Source: Candidatus Aldehydirespiratoraceae bacterium (GTDB taxonomy: Bacteria; Actinomycetota; Acidimicrobiia; Acidimicrobiales; Aldehydirespiratoraceae). From it: a stretch of 64,000 nucleotides of DNA. The stretch is from contig OZ240617.1 in the NCBI GenBank assembly GCA_965198365.1, positions 1,029,988 to 1,093,987 of the forward strand. The letters are read 5' to 3'. Below, piece after piece: positions 27,129 through 34,839 of this stretch. Within the stretch, counting starts at the first letter, position 1, and the number at the start of each line of letters is the position of its first letter. Made by a program: the position numbers and the translations under genes. The notes under the pieces were generated by a model. It searched no databases. It saw only the letters and a program-made list of their open reading frames with translations, and was not told where the DNA came from.

Positions 27129-27317
27129 TCAGTCGGCGGTGCGGTTGTCGCGACGCAACCGAATCGCTTCTAGGAACTCTTCGTCGCTGTAGTAGCGCGC
27201 GGCTATCTCGTCCTCTGGTACGTCGGGAACACTGCAGACACTGGCATCCATCTCGGCGAGCGTGACAGTCCGTCCGTTTGTGTCAGAGTCGGTGTCGGCT
27301 TCAGGGATGGTGCTCAT
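27129..27317 (-). CDS. small acidic protein encoded directly upstream of hsdR
   Basis: 62 aa with 16 Asp/Glu against 6 Arg. Conserved in the decayed copy at 21019..21207. 110-nt gap to the hsdR start. Confidence 0.55.
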   Translation of the reverse strand: MSTIPEADTDSDTNGRTVTLAEMDASVCSVPDVPEDEIAARYYSDEEFLEAIRLRRDNRTAD

Positions 27318-27427
27318 GGTTTCGTCCCTCTCGATCCCGAACGGTCACTACGATGTTAGTCCCCAAGGGTGCCCCGAAGAACTCCAAGGCGTTGATGCGA
27401 GAGTGTGGAAGGAGTGTGATCCCCGGT

Positions 27428-27876
27428 GTGACCGCTACCTCAGACAGTCCCACGATCATTTCGATCGGCTACGAGCGAGAGACCTCAGCGAATTGATCAG
27501 CCTTTTGAAGGCCAACGGGGTCGTGACGCTCGTTGATGTGCGCCTCAACCCGATCTCAAGAAAGAAGGGGTTCTCGAAGAAAGCTCTGGCTGCTGCGCTG
27601 AGCGATGCAGGGATTGAGTATCGCCACGAGCGCGATTTGGGGAATCCCAAAGAGAATCGTGATCCGTTCCGGCGAGGTCTGGCGTCGGCGCGGCAGAGGT
27701 ACCGGCATCATCTTCAAAACGATGCACACTCTGTTTTCGAACGGCTCGTAGACCTAGCGAGAACCTCACGGATCGCACTCCTCTGCTACGAGCGGGACCA
27801 TGACCAGTGTCACCGATCCTGCATCCTTGATGCCGCCCAGACCGACCACCCAACACTCAGCGTCCTTCGGCTCTGA
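27428..27876 (+). pseudogene. DUF488-family protein with an apparent 1-nt frameshift near codon 17
   Basis: The GTG 27428 frame gives VTATSDSPTIISIGYERETSAN*. The conserved remainder (DLSELISLLKANGVVTLVDVRLNP...ALLCYERDHDQCHRSCI) is in the next frame. The paralog remnant at 34225 has one extra nt here (ggctacgagcaacgagatgtcagc vs ggctacgagcgagagacctcagc). Confidence 0.7.
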
Positions 27877-28006
27877 GGTGGTAATCATGCCATGCAACCG
27901 GCTACCGGCAGAGTGACTGCTTGGGGGCTTTGGTATTGAGCTTTTCGGCCGTGGTGGCGGGGGAACATTACGTGGAGCGGATCCGCGTTTCGAGAGCATT
28001 GTGTTG

Positions 28007-28648
28007 TCACTTTCTTTGAACAGTTGGGATTGGCAGCCATCCAAACGGTGCGCGGAGTTCCGCTCCATCCTGGGTAACCACTGGGTCTGGAAGGCGGTTC
28101 GAACGGATAGCGGCACGAGAGATTTGGAACGTCGCGTGGGCTGACTCGGCAAGGTCGTTCGACCGGCGTTTCGGCGGAAAGGCCACGATCACGCTCTTCT
28201 CAGCGAAACGTTCGCGGACGGCCTCAACTATAGGTACGAGGTCGCTATCGCCGGACATGATTATCGCCACATCGAAGCAGTCATCGTAAGCATCGTTGAG
28301 GAGCCGCACCGCAATGTTCACATCAGTCCGCTTCTCTTCGCGTTTAGACCATTGCGTTTTGCACTGCTTGCAGGTCATCCGCTTGGAGAGGAAGCGGCCA
28401 AAGTCAATCTCAATCTGTCCGGTGGCTCGCAAAGCGTCGATGAATGTCGCCTGGCGCTTGGCTTTGTCGGGGTCGCCGCGAACACTGGTCGTGAAGTAAC
28501 GAACCAGTTCGAGTCGCTGGCCGGGTTTGAGCAGCGATTGGCAAACGCCGTGTAGGTCTAGCCAGCGTGAGTTACGAAGACCCGCGTCAAGAAGGCCAAA
28601 GTAGAGGTTGTAGCCATCAACGTAAGCGATCACCCGTTCGGTTCTCAT
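28007..28648 (-). CDS. NYN-domain (LabA/MARF1-like, PIN-related) protein
   Basis: IAYVDGYNLYFGL N-terminus, IIMSGDSDLVPIVEAV motif, internal CKQCKTQW insert. Confidence 0.8.
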   Translation of the reverse strand: MRTERVIAYVDGYNLYFGLLDAGLRNSRWLDLHGVCQSLLKPGQRLELVRYFTTSVRGDPDKAKRQATFIDALRATGQIEIDFGRFLSKRMTCKQCKTQWSKREEKRTDVNIAVRLLNDAYDDCFDVAIIMSGDSDLVPIVEAVRERFAEKSVIVAFPPKRRSNDLAESAHATFQISRAAIRSNRLPDPVVTQDGAELRAPFGWLPIPTVQRK

Positions 28649-28665
28649 CGATCAATAGAACTTTC

Positions 28666-28695
28666 TTGACGCATTGTCATACGGGTTGGTATTGT
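28666..28695 (+). promoter_or_regulatory. candidate sigma70-type promoter (TTGACG-N18-TATTGT)
   Basis: TTGACG 28666-28671 and TATTGT 28690-28695. Sits in the NYN-gene upstream region but faces the opposite way, into a stretch without a convincing ORF. Confidence 0.3.
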
Positions 28696-28702
28696 GGTCT
28701 GT

Positions 28703-28768
28703 AACCCCCCCAGGGTGAGTAACCCTGGGTCGACGGCTCCGGCTTGCAGCCGGGGCTGTCTAGTTTTT
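28703..28768 (+). ncRNA. hypothetical small structured RNA (two GC hairpins followed by a T5 run)
   Basis: CCCAGGG-tgagtaa-CCCTGGG (28709-28729). GCTCCGGCT-tgc-AGCCGGGGC (28736-28756). TTTTT at 28764-28768. No family recognised. Confidence 0.2.
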
Positions 28769-29325
28769 CGGCCTTGCGCGACCATGCTTAGCCAAGCCGA
28801 AGCCCTTTTGTTCGTTGATCGCACAGCTATCACAGCCATCCACATAACTCCTCCGCCGGATTCGCTACCTACCGCTCGCCGAGCACTGTTCACTCCGTCC
28901 TTGTCGGTAGGTTGCTCACGCTATCGGTTGCCTGGTGAATGTGAGCTTGACCCTCGGGAAGCCGATGTGACTGCTCGGCGGCTTCGGTGCCGAGCTTGGC
29001 GCGGTGGCGGCTCAGGGAGGAAGAACACTGCTGACGGTCTCTTCAAGGCCTCGACAAGCTTGTTGAACCTCCCTTTCGTGTGGCGGGCCTCGCTGAGGCC
29101 GGCCAACTCGACGGCATGCCGCCGGTTTGTCCTCGTGGTCGGCGTCTACCGCAAGCACAAAATCCTCAGTCCTCGTCCTCTCCAGACGCGGCGATGCAAC
29201 CGATCGATCCTGAGCGGCCCGTCCCCTGTCGGCCGCGGACCCAGACCCGCTTGGATCCGAAGAGCCGCATTGTCACGCGCGACCGGTGTCGGGCTGGGCC
29301 TCGACGACTCGGCAGCCGTATCGCT

Positions 29326-29592
29326 TCATCGATTGCGGTAGACGTCGCGGCGATGGGCGACCCTCACGACTTGTACGACCAGGCGCCTGTCGATCACCTC
29401 ATAGATGATCCGGTAGTCTCCGACGCGCACCCGGTAAACGGAGTCCTCTCCGACCAGAGCGACGCATCGAGGTGGCCGCGGCTCGGTGGCCAAGAGGTCT
29501 ATCGCAGTTCGAACCCTGATCTGATCGTTACGCGGCAGCCGAGCGATCGACCGGACCGCGCGCCTGGCGATCTCAACTTGGTACCGCTTCAC
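29326..29592 (-). CDS. RelE/ParE-family toxin
   Basis: 88 aa. RVRVGDYRIIYEVIDRRLVVQVVRVAHRRDVY, typical RelE/StbE C-terminus. 1-nt overlap with the antitoxin. Confidence 0.8.
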   Translation of the reverse strand: MKRYQVEIARRAVRSIARLPRNDQIRVRTAIDLLATEPRPPRCVALVGEDSVYRVRVGDYRIIYEVIDRRLVVQVVRVAHRRDVYRNR

Positions 29593-29840
29593 TACAGGCC
29601 CAGCGCGGCCTTGACATCATCCCAAGGAACGTAGTCGTCGTCGATTCGCGCGGCGGCGAGTTCACGGCGGTCTTCGACATCGTCAGCGTGATCGACGAGC
29701 CGGTCGAATGAATCGATGTCGAGGATCACCGCCACCCGTCGGCCGCGCCGAGTCACCATGACCGGCTCGGCTGACCTGCGTGCCTCCTCGAGCACTTCGG
29801 CCAGTCGGCTCCGTGCTTCGCTCACCGCTACCTCGTTCAT
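29592..29840 (-). CDS. Phd/YefM-family antitoxin (alternative start 29855)
   Basis: MNEVAVSEARSRLAEVLEEA...PVMVTRRGRRVAVIL, typical Phd/YefM N-terminus. Confidence 0.75.
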   Translation of the reverse strand: MNEVAVSEARSRLAEVLEEARRSAEPVMVTRRGRRVAVILDIDSFDRLVDHADDVEDRRELAAARIDDDYVPWDDVKAALGL

Positions 29841-29855
29841 GTACGAATCGTACAT
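29839..29855. promoter_or_regulatory. 17-bp perfect palindrome ATGTACGA-A-TCGTACAT at the antitoxin start (putative TA operator)
   Basis: Read directly. Spans the two candidate ATG codons of the antitoxin. Confidence 0.45.
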
Positions 29856-30183
29856 ATCAACGGCCGACGAATCAACTCTGGGGTTCCATCGGCGAACTGT
29901 CTGGTGTCATCGAACCGGTTCAGCACACGACGCGTGCCACGCCGCCGTTTCCATGTCATTCGGTGGTGCCACCAGCCTCGGCTACGCCCCCGCTGCTACC
30001 GACCATTGAGGGGCCGTGAGCGGCGACAAAGTGCCCGTTTGAGAGCTTGGCACCACGAGTCTCCCGGTTGGCCAAGCGTGGGAGACTATCGGGTAGATGG
30101 TTATGCCGTCGAAGCCCCGAATCAATCGAGGGTTGACGCGTTCAACGACCGGGGATTGCAACGCTTGACTAGGGTTCGAGGCC

Positions 30184-31395
30184 ATGGATCAACCATTGGC
30201 CGATCGACTTCCACTCAACCGCAAGGAGCGGTACTACACGGGCACGGTGCTGCCTATGATCGTTTGCTGCGACGAGTTCGCCCATTTCGGTCGGTTCCTC
30301 AGGCTGTGCGGGGCACCGGATGGCGCTTTCGTGGCCGGTCCCGCGGCCACCAATCTGCAATTCTTCACCGAATACGGATTCAAGGAGGCTCTCGTCGACG
30401 GATCCGAGTCGTTCTTTGGAGATCCGGGCGGGAAAGACACCCCCGATGTGGTTGTCTACATTGAGAGTAACCCCTCGGTCCTGTTGGGAATTGAGGCCAA
30501 GGTCTTCTCCAGACCTTCGACTAGTGCTCTCAAGAACCAGATCCAGAGTCAAGCCGAGTTGTTCTCTCTCATGCGAGACGGTCTCCGGACCCGACCTCAG
30601 GTCTATCAGGTTGCCCTTCTCCCAGCCGGGCTCAAAGTCTGCGAACGGATAGCGGACGCACAGGTGTTGACCTGGGAACTCGTTGCCGATACTTTCCGGG
30701 ATGTCGCCCCCGCCTACTGGATCCGTGTCCTTGACGAAGCGCTCGAACGTTACGACGGACTCGTGTCAAAGGCAAGCGCCGGCGGACAGAACAACGACGG
30801 CAGCCGCAGCGGTGAATTGATCAAGAAACATTGGGAAACCGGGGATCGTGAGTTTACTTGGATGGGTCGCCAAGGTGGGTTGACCGGCAAAGCGCTCAGA
30901 CGTGATCTCGACACCGGGCGATGGAGAGACGTGGACTACCAGGTCCGTCGAGACCCTCTGCCCAGCAACTCAAACTGGTTCTCGATCGAGTCTTTCCTGC
31001 TAAGAGTGTCGAATTCGTCTCGACCTGAAGTGGCTTCATCCCGGCCTGTTCCTCCGGCCGCAGAACGTGGTAGAGAACCCACCCGAGAGATACCTGGGCG
31101 GCCAGCGGCGTCCACCAAGTCGGTCCCTTGGAAAGGCACCGGCAAGAACGCCGATGACAAGATATCGGGCCAAGAAATCTATGATCGTTACACCAGAGGC
31201 GACACGACCTTCACCTGGATGGGAAGAGCGGGTGGTCGGCGTGGGCCTAAGTTGTTGGAGGATCTGAAGACTGGCCATTGGAAGAGGCAGAAATACGAAG
31301 TGCGCCACAAACCCATCAGCGGCAACAACAACTGGTTCGAGATCAAGTCGTTTGTTGAAGGGATCAATTTGCGACAACCAATCCGCAAAGTCTGA
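30184..31395 (+). CDS. PD-(D/E)xK-like nuclease domain protein with two tandem copies of an unknown ~67-aa C-terminal domain
   Basis: TPDVVVYIESNPSVLLGIEAKV (D88...E104-x-K106). aa 208-274 and 328-394 align (SG..I.....GD..FTWMGR.GG..G..L..DL.TG.W....Y.VR..P....NNWF.I.SF). Confidence 0.7.
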   Translation: MDQPLADRLPLNRKERYYTGTVLPMIVCCDEFAHFGRFLRLCGAPDGAFVAGPAATNLQFFTEYGFKEALVDGSESFFGDPGGKDTPDVVVYIESNPSVLLGIEAKVFSRPSTSALKNQIQSQAELFSLMRDGLRTRPQVYQVALLPAGLKVCERIADAQVLTWELVADTFRDVAPAYWIRVLDEALERYDGLVSKASAGGQNNDGSRSGELIKKHWETGDREFTWMGRQGGLTGKALRRDLDTGRWRDVDYQVRRDPLPSNSNWFSIESFLLRVSNSSRPEVASSRPVPPAAERGREPTREIPGRPAASTKSVPWKGTGKNADDKISGQEIYDRYTRGDTTFTWMGRAGGRRGPKLLEDLKTGHWKRQKYEVRHKPISGNNNWFEIKSFVEGINLRQPIRKV

Positions 31396-31437
31396 TTCGA
31401 AGATGCAGCAGGGGGAGGCCTCGTCTCGCCTCGGACC

Positions 31438-32466
31438 CTAGCCCTGGGAGTGGTGGATTATCTGACGTCTCGCCTCCCCGCGCTTGATCGCGTTTGCGAT
31501 GTGCTCAGAGGTGACGCACTTGTCAAGACCGCTCACCATTAATCGGATGGCGTCAAGGGCCACTGCCTCTACTTCAGCCGCGCTGAAGGATTCCATTTCC
31601 TTGGCGGATTCAAGCAAATCGAAGTCGTACCGTACCGCTCTCAGCTTCAACGCCAATATCTCGGATCGAGCGGACTGGTCGGGAGACTCGAACTCCACTA
31701 TCTCGTCGAACCGTCGCCAGACTGCGGAGTCCAGCAACGTAGGGTGATTCGATGTGGCAATGAAGAGCGAGTCGCTTCGATGATCGTCGACCACCTGCAG
31801 CATCGCGGCGACCACCCGACGCAACTCGCCGTGATCGGCCCGATCTCCTCGTTCCCGCCCGAGCATGTCGAATTCATCAAAAACCAAAACCCAGGATCCC
31901 ACATCGAGAAAACTGAAGATTTGTTCAAGGTGTCGTGCTGTTTCGCCTAGGTATGACGAGACGATCGTGGCCAACCGAACGCGGGCTATGGGAAGCCCGA
32001 GCTGTGCGGCCGTGGCCTCGGCGCTTGCTGATTTACCGCTTCCTGGAGGCCCTACCAAGAGTACGCTCGACCGTGGCGAGACTCCGTGTGCTCTCAGTGC
32101 CGACCGTTGACGGAACTCTTCGACCAGCGAATCGAACACATTGACAGCAGACTCGGGTAGAACCAAGTCATGGAACGACAGGCGTGGTTCCTCCAGCGAT
32201 ATCAGTGGGAGGTCGTCGCGAGTCTTGGGTAGAGGCCGTAGCGAAGATACCTGGGGAGGCCTTCGTCGGTGTCCTGGTTCTTCAAGGATCGCCTCAAGCT
32301 GCTCGGCGACGAGATCGTGGCGTTTGCGCCTCTCATCATCGATCAGTTCTTTTGCGGCGCGCTGAAACCCAGCATCGTCGCCCCGCTGATGACTGCGGAG
32401 CAGCGCTTTCACCAAGTCACTGCGTGCCACGCCATGAACATACTTGCGCACTGTGCCACCGACCAC
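31438..32466 (-). CDS. classical AAA+ ATPase (single AAA module, helical N-terminal region)
   Basis: VLLVGPPGSGKSASAEA Walker A, WVLVFDEFD Walker B, SNHPTLLDSAVWRRFD second region of homology. Confidence 0.85.
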   Translation of the reverse strand: MVGGTVRKYVHGVARSDLVKALLRSHQRGDDAGFQRAAKELIDDERRKRHDLVAEQLEAILEEPGHRRRPPQVSSLRPLPKTRDDLPLISLEEPRLSFHDLVLPESAVNVFDSLVEEFRQRSALRAHGVSPRSSVLLVGPPGSGKSASAEATAAQLGLPIARVRLATIVSSYLGETARHLEQIFSFLDVGSWVLVFDEFDMLGRERGDRADHGELRRVVAAMLQVVDDHRSDSLFIATSNHPTLLDSAVWRRFDEIVEFESPDQSARSEILALKLRAVRYDFDLLESAKEMESFSAAEVEAVALDAIRLMVSGLDKCVTSEHIANAIKRGEARRQIIHHSQG

Positions 32467-32661
32467 TCGGAGGGTTGACTACTCACCACCAGAGGAAGTT
32501 GCTGCGGGGATTGATCACCTGATCGACTGCTCGGGCGCTGTCGGTACTCTGGATCTTATTGGGGGAATGCGCCGCTAAGGCTCATCGACACGATTGCGAG
32601 AGTCAAGGGATACGATGACCGGGGTTGTTGCATCTTGTCATCCTTCCAACGAGGATCACCA

Positions 32662-33770
32662 ATGGGCCAGAGTCTTCGGCTGTTCGATCAGTTCGTGCGC
32701 ACTGATCATCGCCCTGCACACAGATCAGAGCGAGACTATGATTTTATGAACCAATCCGCGTGGCCAGCCTACGAGAACATCCGTAGGGTGCTTGAGCAAT
32801 GGTTCGCAAGCTACCCGGCCAGTCACAAGCGTGACCTTCGCGCCCGATTTCGCAAGGGTGACCACAATCACGCGTCCGCTTACTTCGAGTTGTATCTGTA
32901 TCAGGTATTGAGCCGCTTAGGGCTGTCGCCCGAGGTGCACCCCGATCCCGATAGAGGCAAGGGCTGTCCAGACTTCGCCATTGCTGGCGCGAAGGGGAAC
33001 AGGTGCTACCTCGAAGCGAATGTCGTGACCAAACCTCGATGGGATTCAGACGTTCCGCTGGAGAGTGAGCTTCTCGATGCGATTGACGCCGTGGCTGAGA
33101 CTCAGCCGACGCAGATCGGAGTAGCCGTAAGTACCAAGGGATCCTGCGGCGCTCCCATCAGAAGGATCCAATTCGGCGGCAGGTTCGAGAGTGGCTAGAC
33201 ACCATCGATCCCATAGGCCTTTCAGCTAGTGACCTCAGCCACAACCCCCGTCTGTGTGTTGGGCGGGATGACTGGGTGGCTGAGCTTGTAGCTATTCCTT
33301 TGTCGCACACAGGTAGACGCTTGATCCATATGGGGATGAGGAAGTCAGCGTTCCTGGACGAAGGACCGATGCTAGCAAAGAATCTCAAGAGCAAGGCGAA
33401 GCGGTATGGCTCGCTTGATCGTCCGCTGATACTGGCCATCAACACGAACGATGTGTTCACCTCTGGTCAGGATGAGCACGAGGCGCTCTTGGGGACGCGA
33501 GACGGAATCTGGCGCATAGACTCCTCAGCCCGCCATCAACGGCTTCACGGAGCGATGTTCTTTCGGGGCCTGTTCCCGAGCAACATGCACAGTGTTGTTT
33601 CTCGTCTATATGTGAATCCAAACACGCAAGCCGACATCCCTGAAGAACTCTTGGAGCTAAGCAGCGTGTGGCAGCGCAATGGGAAGTGGCAATTCAAGAA
33701 AGGGATGAGCCTTGGCAAGATCCTTGAACTACCAGAGGACTGGCCGGGCGAAGTCACTGCTTCCAATTGA
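32662..33770 (+). pseudogene. frameshifted gene for a ~369-aa protein with a restriction-endonuclease-like PDF...LEA motif
   Basis: ORF 32635..33198 (frame 1) and ORF ..33770 (frame 3, open from 33099) overlap at 33099-33195, so one indel there joins them. GKGCPDFAIAGAKGNRCYLEANV motif. ATG 32662 preceded by GAGGA. Confidence 0.6.
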
Positions 33771-33822
33771 CACCCCCGAGCCAAGGCGTTGATGCGAAAG
33801 TGTGAAAGGAGTGTGATCTGAA

Positions 33823-34215
33823 ATGGAAACCACACAGACCGAAGCGACTTGTCGTCTTACTGTGAGGGAACATAAGGAAAACCGCGACCGGCCCCTGCCC
33901 AGCGACGAGATGACCGAATTCGTCGGCGATCTCGCGGATCATCTCGGAGACGACGAGCGGGTGATTGCCCCTGTCGTCTTCGGTGACGCCGATCTTGGCA
34001 CGGTCGAGATTGTGTTCAGCATGCCGTGTTCGGCGTCCGAGCGCGACACTCATGTCGCAGTGTTCGACATTATTCACGGCGCGGGTAAGTCACTGGGCTA
34101 CGAGTGGCGAAACAACCTGGAGAGCAGCGGTAGTTTCGGGCGTTCATCGACGACGAGAACGTTGAAGCGTCAGAGCCAGCTGTTGGAGGCCACGGGCGAC
34201 CTCGTTGATGCCTGA
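33823..34215 (+). CDS. hypothetical 130-aa protein sitting between a DUF488-type leader and a DUF488 remnant
   Basis: ATG 4 nt after a 39-bp copy of the DUF488 leader with AAGGAG. Acidic, no motif recognised. Confidence 0.45.
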   Translation: METTQTEATCRLTVREHKENRDRPLPSDEMTEFVGDLADHLGDDERVIAPVVFGDADLGTVEIVFSMPCSASERDTHVAVFDIIHGAGKSLGYEWRNNLESSGSFGRSSTTRTLKRQSQLLEATGDLVDA

Positions 34216-34224
34216 GTTCCGGGC

Positions 34225-34335
34225 ATGACCGCTACCTCGGACAGGCCCACGATTGTTTCGATCGGCTACGAGCAACGAGATGTCAGCGAATTGATCGGTC
34301 TCCTCACGCGCCGACAGGATCGCGAGAGTGTCTGA
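34225..34335 (+). pseudogene. N-terminal remnant of a second DUF488 gene (36 codons)
   Basis: MTATSDRPTIVSIGYEQRDVSELIGLL then diverges and stops. Nucleotide similarity to 27428-27500. Confidence 0.6.
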
Positions 34336-34839
34336 GCGCCCCGATGGCTCGCCGCTTGGTCCAGCGGTTTTTATCGGATCTCTGAGCACAAGTTCACGGT
34401 TTGGGTGGTCTTGGAGATCTGTGTTGTAGCAGACGGAGTGTGCCCGAGGTGTGGCTACCGTCGGTCTCTTCGGGTTTCAGCGGGGAGTGGGACCGTCGGG
34501 GTGAGGGTGGGGGCCTCCAGAATCGGGTGTGACATACACCGATCTGAGGAGGCCTTTGGTGGAAGGCTGCGCTGGCCCGTTGACGCAAGGCCATCAGTTC
34601 GGTCCATACGACGGTGACATTGCTGATCCTGTCGATAGTTGTCTCCATTCCGAAGTCCTGCATCCAGGAGACAACCAGATCCCGGTCCTTTCTTGTTTTC
34701 GTCGGTCAACGCCAAGCATGCGCAGAGGTGACGGGTGCGTGATCCACATGTCGTCGGGCGAGAGAGCTGAAAGGGAGGGTGGCGAATGCCTCAACACTCG
34801 GTGCTGATCTCTTGACCACGACGGCCTAGGCTTCCAGCG

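Noticed and set aside
28694-29341. 215-aa ORF filling the NYN-RelE gap
   Set aside because: Its composition is Arg/Cys/Pro/Ser-rich with no motif, it overlaps the relE stop, and it starts inside the hairpin region. It is treated as non-coding or decayed DNA instead.
34336-34839. Several 70-90-aa ORFs on both strands between the DUF488 remnant and the MTase gene (for example 34394..34663, 34529..34807, 34594..34860)
   Set aside because: They mutually overlap, are compositionally odd and have no motifs. This is probably decayed sequence plus the MTase promoter region.
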